Below, in pieces: positions 11,103 through 22,093 of a DNA stretch of 64,000 nt (position 1 is the first letter of the stretch; each line of letters begins with the position of its first letter). A program made the translations under genes and the position numbers. The notes under the pieces were generated by a model. That model was given only the letters and a program-made list of their open reading frames with translations. It ran no database searches and was not told the origin of the DNA. Source of the DNA: a virus; the IMG/VR virus record IMGVR_UViG_2718218017_000006, positions 18,956 through 82,955 of that record, one strand, 5' to 3'.

Positions 11103-12437
11103 TAAAATACAGTGCCTCCTTTCCTTCTATGATGTATTTTTATAACCCTCTGCCCTTGTTATAAACACTATCTGCATATTTTTGTTCTTTAATATCAGCA
11201 ACCTCATAACCATCTAATCCATACCATATAGCACTAAATGTATGAGGATCTATGTTAAATTCATCTTCTATAATTTCTCCATTTTTATCTATGCATATGT
11301 AAATCCTTTAATTCATCTACGGTATTAGTACAATTGCTAGAACATACTATTTTCTTGAATCTTTTAACCTTCTTGGTATTCTGCAGCCTTGACCCTGGAA
11401 ACTTTTTAGCTCTTCTAATGTTGAACCCTTGCTGATTGAAATACTTAATTGTTTTAGGTTCTGCACCATCAGCACGAATAAGTTCTTGAGTACTTTTAAA
11501 TTCAGCTATTTCAAGGGCAGTTCTATCGTCTGTCATTTGATTTTGTAATACTCCCAATAGATATAAAGTATCTTTTCATTATCGTCTACAACTAACCTTA
11601 ACAAAGCATTATAGGAATCTTCAAACCCAAAGTCAAAGCCAACCTCCTAATCGGATTTTTTATGTTCCTATAGCTTGAAGCACTTCATAGTGTGGCCTAA
11701 CTTCAAATTGAGGAAGTACCCTCCTACCATTTATACCGAATCTACCTTTTCTGGCTATCCTATATAAATCAATATCATAAGTTTTTAATTCTTCTAGCTG
11801 CTCTATATAACTTTTAGGCAAAAATAAATTATCATCTGCCAATGAGTGATGATAATAGGTATTATTTCTTACAACTATTCTTTTTTTGTAGAGTTCCTCG
11901 TCATCCAGTATGAATATTTTTTTCTTCTCATTTTTAAAGAAGTGCTTGTATGTCCCAATTATCCTTACTTACAGGGTTAGTTGAAAGTATCATATGCAGT
12001 GGCAGTCTTGGATGTCTTAAACGTCCTAAAAGTTCTTTGAATCCTTCATATTTAACCTCTGAACATTCCTCAATCCACACTATAGAAACATTGTTTATAG
12101 ACTTTAGCTTTGAAGGTTTATCCATACCTTTAAATATTATTTTGGAGCCATTAGGAAACCTAACCTGCATTGGTGAAGCTGTAAATTTAATTCTAGTGTC
12201 AAGTCCCATGTCTATTACTATTTCCTCTAAAAGTGAATAGCAGCTGTCCCTTATAGTATCAAACACTTCTCTAACCACAAGTGCAGTTCTTTTCTCCTGG
12301 AGCAATTTAAGTATTAATTTCAATGCCACATGATAACTCTTTGATGATCCATAACCACCAACTAAAAAATAGAATTTATAATCCCAGTTGAAAATAAAAT
12401 CTTCAAAGCTAGGATTTACTTCTTTTTCTATAAGCAT
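11102..12437 (-). CDS. xtmB: Terminase large subunit (PBSX XtmB family), broken by several indels
   Basis: GGYGSSKS Walker A, VWIEECSE Walker B, GFDFGF nuclease motif spread over frames. Confidence 0.85.
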
Positions 12438-13204
12438 TATTCATCACTTTTTCTTTTTATCATTATTTCTATAGGCTTGTTATCGTCAGGATTTTTAACC
12501 TTCTCTATCTCGGCCCTAAGTTTTTCCATCCTCAACCTTTGTTCTTCTGTGGCCATGTCTGGGTTGTTATGAACCATCTCATCATGTTGCTTGATAAGAC
12601 TACGAAGCTCTGACATAGCCCTAGATTGAGCTTTAAGAAATGTGGCTTGCCTGTCCCATGCAAATTGAAACTCATATTCTAATTCTTTCTCTGATTCATT
12701 GGTGGAAGTTTTCTGTGTGCTTCTACCTTTAGTCTTAACCTTGGACTTTCTAAGCTCCTTAATCATTTCTTCTTTACTCTTAACATCCATAATTCTCTGG
12801 GACCTTGCTATGGCCGTATACTGAATTATTATATTTTCCCAGAGCATATCCAGAGGATCTTTAATCATAATCTCCTGCACCACCTCCATTGTTTCAGGGG
12901 GAAAAATCTTAGAAAAAAAGCCATGGGATTCAGCGTTTTTGTTTCCTTTTGGTACGCTGCTCACATGACCTTTTGAATTCTTATTTTGTGGTTGGCCGCC
13001 CTTTTTTCGTTTAGTTGTACAACATTCATTTGTTTGTTGTACAACATTCAATTTATCTACCCATTTATCCCTTTGCTTCCAGACTGCAATCTTCTTTTCA
13101 TCTTCACTTAGAATCTTTGCAATCTGCCTATTTTCAATATTCCCACCATGTTCCTTGTAAATCTCAAATGCTTTATCCCTGTTTGGACTTCTCTGTCTCG
13201 GCAT
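12437..13204 (-). CDS. xtmA: Terminase small subunit (XtmA family)
   Basis: [16 protein letters not shown]...[30 protein letters not shown]. Confidence 0.9.
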   Translation of the reverse strand: MPRQRSPNRDKAFEIYKEHGGNIENRQIAKILSEDEKKIAVWKQRDKWVDKLNVVQQTNECCTTKRKKGGQPQNKNSKGHVSSVPKGNKNAESHGFFSKIFPPETMEVVQEIMIKDPLDMLWENIIIQYTAIARSQRIMDVKSKEEMIKELRKSKVKTKGRSTQKTSTNESEKELEYEFQFAWDRQATFLKAQSRAMSELRSLIKQHDEMVHNNPDMATEEQRLRMEKLRAEIEKVKNPDDNKPIEIMIKRKSDE

Positions 13205-13353
13205 CTCTACATTGTCACCACCTGCCTCATTCGTTTTGTTTGGGGGATGAAGAAAGAGCTTTATTATAGTTTCATCCCTCTACTAAATTTCATTAATTAT
13301 AAGTATCATAATAAATTCGTCAACCATACTATAATGCTAAGGAGGTAAGACTT

Positions 13354-13689
13354 ATGTCTTGTTGTAATAAAGTTCAAACACATGACCATGAATTTTTAGG
13401 AAGCACTATGTTAGCTGAATTAGAGGAAGATCCTCATAATCATAGATTTGCTGGAGTATCTGGTCCGGCGCTTAGAGTTACACGCGGACATGTTCATGTA
13501 GTTAAAGCAAGAACAGATTTTTATGAAAACCATTTTCATGAATTCGAAGCAACCTCAGGACTTCAAATAGATGTTGGAAATGGAAGACATGTTCATTTTG
13601 TACGAGCAATAACTACAGAAAACGATGGCCACACTCATAATTTAATTTTTGCTACACTTATTGAAAACCCTATTTCAGAAGAAGCCTAA
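13354..13689 (+). CDS. ymaF: YmaF-family His-rich protein
   Basis: QTHDHEFLGST, HNHRFAGVSG, GHVH, GRHVHF, DGHTH, FATLIENP; strong RBS. Confidence 0.85.
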   Translation: MSCCNKVQTHDHEFLGSTMLAELEEDPHNHRFAGVSGPALRVTRGHVHVVKARTDFYENHFHEFEATSGLQIDVGNGRHVHFVRAITTENDGHTHNLIFATLIENPISEEA

Positions 13690-13744
13690 TCTTAAAAAGT
13701 AGAGCTGCTAAATATTCATGCAGCTCTGCTGTATTTTAATTATT

Positions 13745-13906
13745 CTACCTCATCCTCCTAACAGCACCCTTAACTCTCCTGTAACACTCATGCCGCATTA
13801 ATTTTTCAATATCAGAAAAGGAGAGGTATTCGCCTCTCCTTGGTTTATCTTTATTTAGTTTTTTATTTTGGTTAAGCTTTTCTTTCAGGATTTCTCTTAT
13901 CTTCAT
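13745..13906 (-). CDS. Small basic phage protein, probable indel near 3' end
   Basis: Manual translation MKIREILKEK...IEKLMRHECYRRV. Confidence 0.45.
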   Translation of the reverse strand: MKIREILKEKLNQNKKLNKDKPRRGEYLSFSDIEKLMRHECYRRVKGAVRRMR

Positions 13907-13957
13907 ACCTCTCACCTTCTTTATGTTATGATTAAATAAAAAGGAGATTTCTCATCT

Positions 13958-14146
13958 ATGAAAATTCTAAAGTACATATTTCTATGGGTTATAAGTTTTA
14001 TTGCATTTATGTATGGTTCATCTATTCTTGATGTAATATTTAATAATGATTCTGATTCAAGCACAATATTGATTACTTTATATGCATTAGGAGCAACTAT
14101 AATAATTTGTACATACCTAATAATAAATTCTATAAAAGAAAAATAA
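13958..14146 (+). CDS. Small two-TM membrane protein (moron)
   Basis: Two hydrophobic stretches; opposite strand to late operon. Confidence 0.6.
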   Translation: MKILKYIFLWVISFIAFMYGSSILDVIFNNDSDSSTILITLYALGATIIICTYLIINSIKEK

Positions 14147-14266
14147 GCACTCTAAATGACGAGTGCCTACCTTTGACATACACATATATAGTTTTATTTT
14201 ATTTACGGTTTCCCGCATTGGCAGCCCTATTTAACCCTGGAGCTAGAGGTATATTCATGGGGAATA

Positions 14267-14713
14267 TTAAAATTTAACTTTATTTTCATTTGCCAATCTT
14301 CTCGGAGTGTCCCATGTAACTACAGGAGCAACCTCTTTATTTATTACTATATCCCCGTCAGGATTCGTTTTATATATAGACCTATTCTTTTCTACAAACG
14401 CACTATCACTTATATATTTATTTGCTTCATAGTTAACTGCCTTTACCACCTCTCGCCTACATGTTAAGGCAACCCTATGTTTATATTTTAAATTACTAAA
14501 GTTTCTTTGGATGCATTTTTCTACAGTATCTTTTTTAACATTTAATTTTCTAGCAATCTCAGGGGCTGTTAACCCATCTAAATACAAAATCTTAACTTCT
14601 TCTTTATTTAACACAGCTCTCAAATCATCAGCTCCTAAAAAAGAATATAGTTCACCCAAACCATAAAAGTGGACATGTTTTATTTTTACCAAATTCAACT
14701 CTTTGAATTTCAT
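14267..14713 (-). CDS. HTH DNA-binding protein
   Basis: LYLDGLTAPEIARKLNVKKDTVEKCIQR. Confidence 0.7.
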   Translation of the reverse strand: MKFKELNLVKIKHVHFYGLGELYSFLGADDLRAVLNKEEVKILYLDGLTAPEIARKLNVKKDTVEKCIQRNFSNLKYKHRVALTCRREVVKAVNYEANKYISDSAFVEKNRSIYKTNPDGDIVINKEVAPVVTWDTPRRLANENKVKF

Positions 14714-14833
14714 TTATATTATATACTATTTCTCAATGTATTTTGTCCCAACTTTGTCCTATTTTTGTTTCAAATTTGTCTCATTTTTGTCTCAAGATTT
14801 TTTACGATTAAAAAAGGCAACAGCATTATTTTT

Positions 14834-15316
14834 TCAGCTATTGCCATATACCCCTTCCCACTTCACGATATCCTCCAGTATATCCTCTCGCCACCTGTAG
14901 GCAGTACTTCTTACACCACCATACATTTCATTTGCTATCCATCCAACGCTTTTATTTAGCTTGTACTTATAAATAATGAATTGCATAATTTCTTCTGATA
15001 GTGGAGGGACTGTCAGAACTTTCTTCAACGGAGCTGTATTTCTCTTTAACCACCTTATCCTGGACATATTCTTACGGAATTTTCTATTTACATATTTTAG
15101 TTCATTCTTAAGCTCCTTAATTTCCTTTTCATCTTCATTTTCTATCACGCTTTCACTTGAGTGCTTTATATCCCACTGAATACTTTCCTCCTGATCTTGA
15201 AGGTCTTTGCATTCCAGTTCCAAAGCTTCCATTTCCTTAAGATCTCTAAAATAGCCATACAGCTTACCTTCTGTCCTTTTAAATGTTTCTTTGTCCAACA
15301 TACAGTTCCCTCCCAT
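14834..15316 (-). CDS. ArpU/RinA-type late transcription activator
   Basis: FKRTEGKLYGY, KYKLNKSVGWIA...STAYRWREDILEDI; upstream of terminase. Confidence 0.75.
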   Translation of the reverse strand: MGGNCMLDKETFKRTEGKLYGYFRDLKEMEALELECKDLQDQEESIQWDIKHSSESVIENEDEKEIKELKNELKYVNRKFRKNMSRIRWLKRNTAPLKKVLTVPPLSEEIMQFIIYKYKLNKSVGWIANEMYGGVRSTAYRWREDILEDIVKWEGVYGNS

Positions 15317-15378
15317 GTACTTATTTAAGCTAAACTTTTATTTGTCTCATATTCTGCATTTTACTATGAAATCGTCAA

Positions 15379-16786
15379 TTATTTAGCCAACTGCTCTATA
15401 TCCCTTCTTAATTCCATGGAATTATATATCATATTCACGTATTTCTTTATCCTAAGTTTTGGCATATTAATACTTTTCCTCTTTCCTTCTATATCCATAT
15501 CAATTTCTTTTATTCGTTCTTTAAGGAATTTAATTTTATTAGAAATCCGTTCTTTCTCTAAATTCCTGACGTTTATATAAGAAACTATGGCCTTTTCACT
15601 TTCCTGTAAATCTTCCTTTAATGAATTTATTTCTTCCAGCAGCTCTTTGACAATTCCTCTGTTTATTTTTTCAGGAAAACCATAGTCAATTTTAATAAGA
15701 GTGATGATTACCGATTCATCCTGTCTCAAAACAAGGAGTATATCATCCTTTACATAGAATCTTTTGATAGTTCCATCTCCACCAAGCCGGTCTTCCGTTA
15801 AAAACTCTGAATAGTTAAATATCTTATTTATATCTCGTATTATCCTGTCATTATTCGTTAACACGTAATTTTCTATATCAAAACTATTAGTTATTCCCTT
15901 AACTCTTTCCACATATCTCTCCTTGCAATGGTTGGTTACATCAACATGCTTAAGTTCTGTTAGCACTGCTTCCATGGAATCCCTCCTTTAATAAGTTTTA
16001 AAAATCGTCTTAATAAACCTTCTCTTTCCAAAAGCATTATATTGATAATAACTGTATTGTATATATCCATTTTTTTAACTATAGCATCTCTTAACCCTGA
16101 TACATTGTATATATCCTTAGCTTTACAGCTTACTTCCACATCTGCAACTCCCCACTCTTTATCTTCAGTAAAGATAAAGCATGAAACCAAATATTTATTC
16201 ATACCACCCCTCCTATTCCCTTAATTTTAATGCCTTTTCCCTATCATATTCTTCTTTCAAATAAAGCCCTGGTTCCGTATATACTTTATCTCCTAGTATC
16301 TTATCCACTTGAGATATCGCAGCTCTATCCGTTTTGGCTTCAATAATTACTTCCTGTTCAACTTTTTTATCATCTTTGTATACTAATATATACTCCATTT
16401 ATTCTCCTAACCTTCTTCCACACATAGGACAATACTTTATCTTAAAATGTCCTTGTGCAAGTCTATGCCTAAATAATACTATTCTGGGTTTATCACCTTT
16501 CAATTGAAATATTACAGCTTCATTAGGTTGTGTTTTTTTACTGTCAGGGCTTTTGTTTATAAGAATGCTTTTTCCATATTCACCGTCACAATATTGGCAC
16601 ATAAGCTATTCCTCCTTAACTTATTTACCTCCCATGCCTGTCCCATTCTTTTTTAAAATTCTTATAACTCTTAGCACTTTCCTTCCTGCAATTCCTGACA
16701 ACTATATAAATGCCTATTATCCCAACTATGCTAATTAAAGCCCATGTTCCTATAAACACATATCCTAATTTTATTAAATGTTCCAT
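15379..16786 (-). CDS. Cluster of small hypothetical phage genes (15379..15975, 15960..16202, 16213..16398, 16399..16602 Cys-rich, about 16625..16786 single-TM)
   Basis: ORF track plus manual translation; abutting ORFs with RBSs. Confidence 0.6.
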
Positions 16787-16880
16787 CTACTCACCTTCTT
16801 CAAATTTCTATGCATAATAAATCCAATTTTGCACATACTATCTTTGTGTTTCATTATGTAATTATGTTTTAATGTATGTG

Positions 16881-17094
16881 TAACATAATTAATCCTTATA
16901 CCGGGGATGGATAATCCCCGGTGTTTAGTTTTACTTGAAATTACAACTAATCTATATTAAATTCCCATGTATAATAACTTATAACTTTACACATACTATT
17001 TATATATCCATTGAATAATTATCTTTTCAATGTTTATCTTTAACATATTAGTTCCTCATACCAGGGGCATATAAATCCCTGGTATTTAGTTTTA
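16881..17094 (-). repeat. Two diverged copies of a hairpin-containing intergenic element
   Basis: TAAAACTAAA-stem-loop-RBS-ATGTTA at 16933->16881 and 17094->17041. Confidence 0.8.
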
Positions 17095-17117
17095 TTGCAA
17101 AGTATTTGAGATACGAA

Positions 17118-18476
17118 CTAACTTACATGTTCTTTTCTGCAACTTTCAGACATATTTGCCTGTGTTAATACTTTTGCCATTACCGGTACTACACTATTTC
17201 CTATTCTTGCAACCCTTTTACTTATTGGATACCTTTTACCAGTATAATCATGATCAATGATATAATTTTCCGGAAAACCTTGACCTAATTTTAATTCTTC
17301 AGGTTTTAACATCCTAAACCATATATCAATTAATTGATATTGCTCTCCTTTAATCACAACCGTTACAAGTCCAAATCTATCTTTAGTAACTATAGTACCT
17401 ATAGGCCCACTCACCCTTTGCCCTATCCCATTTCCATAATACTTGATTAGAAAGGCCGAAATTAAACCGAAATGTCCAGGACTTGTTGTAATGGTGTGTA
17501 TGGGTTCATTTACTGCCTGTCCAGTACCACTCTTATAAAATTTAGTGATAAATGCAGTAACTAATCCATATCGGTTGCTTGTGTCAATAGTCTTTATTGG
17601 TTCATTCAAGCTCTGACCTCTTACATATTCTTTTTTTGTTTCACCATGATATTGGATAAGGAATGATGATGCTATATCATCTGGTAAAAAGTAAGGGTTA
17701 TCATCATTAATAATGAATTTTTCAATTCCTCTTGCAATTCGGTTAAGTGTTTTTTCCTTTAATGGCTTTTCCCTTGTAAATATGGAACTTCCTAAGTCAT
17801 TCCAGTCAATACATTTTGATATTGGTTCCCACTTTTTAAGTCCATTTACACCAAGTTTATTATGTGTGGGTTCCGGCCAAATAATATTTTTTCCATCACG
17901 CCTAAATACTGCATACCATCTATTCCTTGTTGTTGGTGCCCCATAATCAGCAGCTATCAACTCCCTACTGTCAAATTCATAACCTAATCCTTTCATTGCA
18001 CTAATGAATTTCTTATAATCTTCCCCTTTACGTTCTTTTATAGGATGTCCCTCATTATCAAGAGGACCCCATTTTTGAATTTCTTCGACATTTTCCATTA
18101 GGATAACATCTGGCAAAATTTTTCTCGCATGTTTGTATACTGCCCATGGCAATATTCTTAATCCTTTTATCTTGGGTTGCCCGCCTTTTGCTTTTGAATG
18201 ACTTGTACAGTCTGGGGAAGCCCACATAAGTGAAACATGACGACCTTTTGTATATTTAAGCATGTCAACCTTGAATATATCTTCTGTAATGTGCATAGTC
18301 TCTGGATGGTTAGTTTTATGCATTAATATAGCATCAGGATCATGATTTACTGCTAAATCAATCGGTCTCCCCATTGCCATTTCAATTCCCGTAGATGCTC
18401 CACCTCCACCTGCAAAAATATCAATTATAAGTCCTTTATTCATTGTTTTAACCTCCACGTCTGGAGGCATGGCCAT
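17118..18476 (-). CDS. DNA (cytosine-5) methyltransferase
   Basis: DIFAGGGG, WASPDC, MENVEE, R-x-R, RIGNSVVP motifs; three internal repeats in variable region. Confidence 0.95.
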   Translation of the reverse strand: MAMPPDVEVKTMNKGLIIDIFAGGGGASTGIEMAMGRPIDLAVNHDPDAILMHKTNHPETMHITEDIFKVDMLKYTKGRHVSLMWASPDCTSHSKAKGGQPKIKGLRILPWAVYKHARKILPDVILMENVEEIQKWGPLDNEGHPIKERKGEDYKKFISAMKGLGYEFDSRELIAADYGAPTTRNRWYAVFRRDGKNIIWPEPTHNKLGVNGLKKWEPISKCIDWNDLGSSIFTREKPLKEKTLNRIARGIEKFIINDDNPYFLPDDIASSFLIQYHGETKKEYVRGQSLNEPIKTIDTSNRYGLVTAFITKFYKSGTGQAVNEPIHTITTSPGHFGLISAFLIKYYGNGIGQRVSGPIGTIVTKDRFGLVTVVIKGEQYQLIDIWFRMLKPEELKLGQGFPENYIIDHDYTGKRYPISKRVARIGNSVVPVMAKVLTQANMSESCRKEHVS

Positions 18477-18546
18477 GCATTTTATCTAGAATTACTCCGA
18501 TTTTTATTTTTTATTTACTTCACAATAATTTCAGATTATGTCACAA

Positions 18547-18945
18547 CTAATATCCTATAATAGTTTCAGTTCTGTCCATAAAACCACAATCTAATAAATA
18601 TTTGCAGAATTCTTCAGGTGTGGGGTCTTCACTATCATGTTCCCCTAATACATTAATCAAATCATGAAAATTTGACAACGCGCTCCAAGCATCACTGAAT
18701 ATATTCAATTCAGGAACTATTTTTCCACTTAGATTTATCCAATCCACTGTCATTTCACCGGTTGTACCTCCTTGGGAGGAATACAACCCAAAAATTACTC
18801 TATCTACATAATCTGAATTCCTTAAACAAACCTCTCCATACCATGCTCTTGATAATTGAGTAAAACCTTTAATCATGCCTTCGTTTTTATTTTCCATCAT
18901 CCTATCTCCTACACACATCAGCCCCAACCTCTGCACAAGCCTCAC
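18547..18945 (-). CDS. Hypothetical phage protein
   Basis: ORF track. Confidence 0.55.
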   Translation of the reverse strand: MRLVQRLGLMCVGDRMMENKNEGMIKGFTQLSRAWYGEVCLRNSDYVDRVIFGLYSSQGGTTGEMTVDWINLSGKIVPELNIFSDAWSALSNFHDLINVLGEHDSEDPTPEEFCKYLLDCGFMDRTETIIGY

Positions 18946-19267
18946 AGCCTCTATCCACCAACTTTTTATTATGCCTGTGGAATCCCTGGACTATGTCAAA
19001 ATTCTCTCTGAAAAGCTTCGCCAGAATCCCAATACCCACCTGAATAACATCCAGTACCTCTTCCATTATCTTTTTCTTATCTCCAGAGGAGAGAGCTTCA
19101 CACAACTCTCCTGATTCCTCTAAAACTTTATCCTTCCAATCCTCCCAGGTCATTGTACGATTGTCTATCTTATTTCCTCTTCGGTCTATCAATTTCCTAA
19201 GCACCATTAGCTTTAGTTTCAATGTGTTCACCTTCCTAATCAACTTCTGTTTCCAAATTAAATCCAT
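18902..19267 (-). CDS. MazG-like nucleotide pyrophosphohydrolase
   Basis: KVLEESGELCEAL...MEEVLDV (EExxE...EExxD). Confidence 0.75.
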   Translation of the reverse strand: MDLIWKQKLIRKVNTLKLKLMVLRKLIDRRGNKIDNRTMTWEDWKDKVLEESGELCEALSSGDKKKIMEEVLDVIQVGIGILAKLFRENFDIVQGFHRHNKKLVDRGCEACAEVGADVCRR

Positions 19268-20387
19268 CTATAACCATGTCCTCTTTAAGTTCTATAAGTA
19301 AGCACTTCTTTCCCGATTTAACATATACCACCTGTTTTACAGTACTCAAATCCCTGGGACTTATGGTTATATTGGTACTCTCATTTTCTATCTTTATAGA
19401 CTTGCTTCCAAAATCAGGTATTACATTTCTGACCTTAAATTCATAATCCCCTCCACACACTTCTTCAAAAGCACTTTTAACTATTCCTGTGTTTTCAACT
19501 CCACTTTCCCTTAACACTCTGGTTACTTCATTTATATCCAAAATAGGCTCTTCTTCTCCCTCATCTTGAAATTTTTCATTTATCCTTTCGTATATATCCT
19601 GAACTATATCAGGTTTTATTTTTCCCCCTAATGAGATCCCTAAAATGGCATTAAAATTCTCCTTTTCTTCCAAAGCTGTGGGTTTAATATTGCATTCCAA
19701 TACTTTTTCTACGAAAACATTGTTCATCTTCTTTGATTTTGAAGAATAATAAATTATTTTATTTACATCTACATATTCAGATGTAAAGCTTGGAAACATG
19801 AATCCTTCCACAGGAGAATTTAAGTTTATAACCATATCTAATGCAGAATTAGGTTTAAATTTCATCTCCGTATAATCAAACTTCAGCATCTTTTTAGGTA
19901 TTTCCACTTTATTTACACTACACAATATAACTTCTATGGCTTGTACATATTCCTCTAAAGAATCTTTTTTTCTCTTACCATCACTGTAATATTCTGCCTT
20001 TGTAAAACTTATAACCACATCCGTATCATAATTATAGTTTTGAGAAATTTTATCCACTATCTTATCTGCATATTCACTTATTCTTTCCTTTGAATTTAAA
20101 GCAGCATATAATACATGCTGAGTATTTTCTTCTGATTCTTCCTCATTTATATTTTTAAAATCCAACTCAAATATTTTAGAATCCAAAGTTCCTGTAAGCA
20201 CTTTTTTAAAGTTATTTAAATAAAGCTCTCTCTTTTCTACTTCCATCATTTCAAAATATTCCAGTTCTCCTGTTATTATTTCACCGTTATCCTTTTTCAG
20301 GTAAACACTATAGATTTCCTTAACTTTAAGCATATAGCTTCCCAACTTAAATTCTTTTCTTATATCCGATAAATCCTTTTTATTCAC
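19236..20387 (-). CDS. DUF4317-like protein
   Basis: MNKKDLSDIRKEFK, YLNNFKKVLTG, GFMFPSF. Confidence 0.7.
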   Translation of the reverse strand: MNKKDLSDIRKEFKLGSYMLKVKEIYSVYLKKDNGEIITGELEYFEMMEVEKRELYLNNFKKVLTGTLDSKIFELDFKNINEEESEENTQHVLYAALNSKERISEYADKIVDKISQNYNYDTDVVISFTKAEYYSDGKRKKDSLEEYVQAIEVILCSVNKVEIPKKMLKFDYTEMKFKPNSALDMVINLNSPVEGFMFPSFTSEYVDVNKIIYYSSKSKKMNNVFVEKVLECNIKPTALEEKENFNAILGISLGGKIKPDIVQDIYERINEKFQDEGEEEPILDINEVTRVLRESGVENTGIVKSAFEEVCGGDYEFKVRNVIPDFGSKSIKIENESTNITISPRDLSTVKQVVYVKSGKKCLLIELKEDMVIDGFNLETEVD

Positions 20388-20391
20388 AAAC

Positions 20392-20793
20392 TTATACCTC
20401 CTTCAATATTTTCAGTTCTACCTCTGGATACCTCAATTTAAACTGCTTGTACGTCCTCTTCCATTGTGCTGACTCATAACCTTTGGTATCCTCAACACTG
20501 TAGGTACCATCCTTATTCAAAACCAGAAAATCAGCAGTATAAGTTATAGCTCTTTCTTCTCCTTTACCTTCCTGAAGAATAAACTCCGGCTGCAATATAA
20601 ATCCTGCGATTTCCCCAGCATAGAATAAAAGTTTTAACTGGCAGTATCTCTTCATTTCCAGCTGACTCCTGAAATACATTCCATCATGCCATGCACCCTT
20701 ATTCCTGTATTTCTGCTTCTTTACTTTTGGTTTCTCTACCTTCTGACCTCTCTTTTTGAGGTATTCCTGGTATTGTTCCTCTGTCCAGTTCAT
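20392..20793 (-). CDS. DUF1064-like PD-(D/E)xK nuclease
   Basis: FRSQLEMKRY, LQPEFILQ, YTADF...VEDTKG. Confidence 0.8.
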   Translation of the reverse strand: MNWTEEQYQEYLKKRGQKVEKPKVKKQKYRNKGAWHDGMYFRSQLEMKRYCQLKLLFYAGEIAGFILQPEFILQEGKGEERAITYTADFLVLNKDGTYSVEDTKGYESAQWKRTYKQFKLRYPEVELKILKEV

Positions 20794-20859
20794 CCATCTT
20801 CATTCCTATCTGATTACCAAATTTTATGGGTTTGGCTCCTCTTATGATTTTTAAACTAC

Positions 20860-21141
20860 TCATGCCTTGGCTACTTCCTTAAGCTCCCTAAGTTCTGCAA
20901 TAAAATCATCAATATCCTTGAAATCTACTGGTATGGTATTAATATAAGATTTTTGCCTTAAAAGAAATCCACCCTCTTGAATTTCATAACTCATTACCTT
21001 ACCTTGGAGTAATGCTATTTTCAGTCTTTTCCCAGACTTTTCATTAATATCTTTCGCCGGCTCTTCGCAGTCCTTCGTCGGTTTATCCGCCGGCTTCGCT
21101 GGCTTATCGTCTGTTTTCTTGCTTTCCATGTTTGCCGCCAA
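20860..21141 (-). CDS. Hypothetical phage protein
   Basis: ORF track. Confidence 0.5.
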   Translation of the reverse strand: MAANMESKKTDDKPAKPADKPTKDCEEPAKDINEKSGKRLKIALLQGKVMSYEIQEGGFLLRQKSYINTIPVDFKDIDDFIAELRELKEVAKA

Positions 21142-21193
21142 TCCATTTTATGTTGCTTAAATTCTTAAGTTTCACATTATTCCTCCTTACTTT

Positions 21194-22093
21194 CTAACTG
21201 TTTAGTATATCTCTGAGCATCTGGGTTTTTCTAATCCCATTCTTTATCCGTATACTTGAACCTGTATTTTCAATAGGGGAACACATGTCATGGATTAATC
21301 TATCTGCAGTTCTGCCAATATCATATTCACAGTCCCTGTCATATCTCCTCTTAAGTTGATTCATTGACAAATTTGATGTTATAATTAATGGTTTTTTCTT
21401 CCTGTACCTTGAATCCAATATTTGATACATGGTAGCTCTGGACCAATCCGTATTATTTTCAACTCCTATATCGTCAATAATCACCAAATCTGCGTTATCC
21501 AAGCAATTGAGTATGTTCTGCACTCCTTCATCACCGTAGCTTCTGAAACTGCTCTTTATCCTCTCCAAAATTCCAATAGCAGAAACACAAACCACAGGTA
21601 TAAACTGTTTTATAAGTGTATTAGCAATACACCCCGATAAAAATGTTTTTCCGTTACCTGGCTTTCCGTAAATAAGCAGGCCTACGTTTTCTTTCAAGGC
21701 TTTTTCTTTGAAACATTTCACATACTTTATTCCTAGTTCATACATGCTCTCATTGCCCAAAGTATGGTCCCAGCTTTCAAAGGTGAACTCCCTAAACTCC
21801 CTGGTCATTAAGCTGTTATTAAATATTCTCTCAAGCCTAATCTGCTTTTCTCTGGCTTGAGATATACGCTCGTTTTCTTCAAAGGCTTCTTTTTTACACT
21901 TACACATCCTTGGGACTATATAATTTCTCCCCATTAGCCTGACCACTTTTCCTGTAGGTTCACCACAAACAGGACAATTGTCTAGTTCTGTTTCAGAAGT
22001 GGAAACCAATCCCGGAGCTGTCGATCCCCTTTTCTGTATTTTCTTGTTTTGGGTCTCTATCATGACTTTTACCCCCATTCTTGATATTTTCAC
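21194..22093 (-). CDS. DnaC/IstB-like helicase-loader ATPase
   Basis: CPVCG, GKPGNGKT, LVIIDDIG, IITSNL. Confidence 0.9.
   Translation of the reverse strand: MKISRMGVKVMIETQNKKIQKRGSTAPGLVSTSETELDNCPVCGEPTGKVVRLMGRNYIVPRMCKCKKEAFEENERISQAREKQIRLERIFNNSLMTREFREFTFESWDHTLGNESMYELGIKYVKCFKEKALKENVGLLIYGKPGNGKTFLSGCIANTLIKQFIPVVCVSAIGILERIKSSFRSYGDEGVQNILNCLDNADLVIIDDIGVENNTDWSRATMYQILDSRYRKKKPLIITSNLSMNQLKRRYDRDCEYDIGRTADRLIHDMCSPIENTGSSIRIKNGIRKTQMLRDILNS

Noticed and set aside
11102-12437. Programmed frameshifting or intron/intein in terminase
   Set aside because: Breaks are several scattered single-base indels without slippery-site context or inserted sequence
14170-14266. Possible riboswitch (GCGG-GAAA-CCGT hairpin) downstream of the HTH gene
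   Set aside because: One short hairpin; no match to a riboswitch consensus I can recognise
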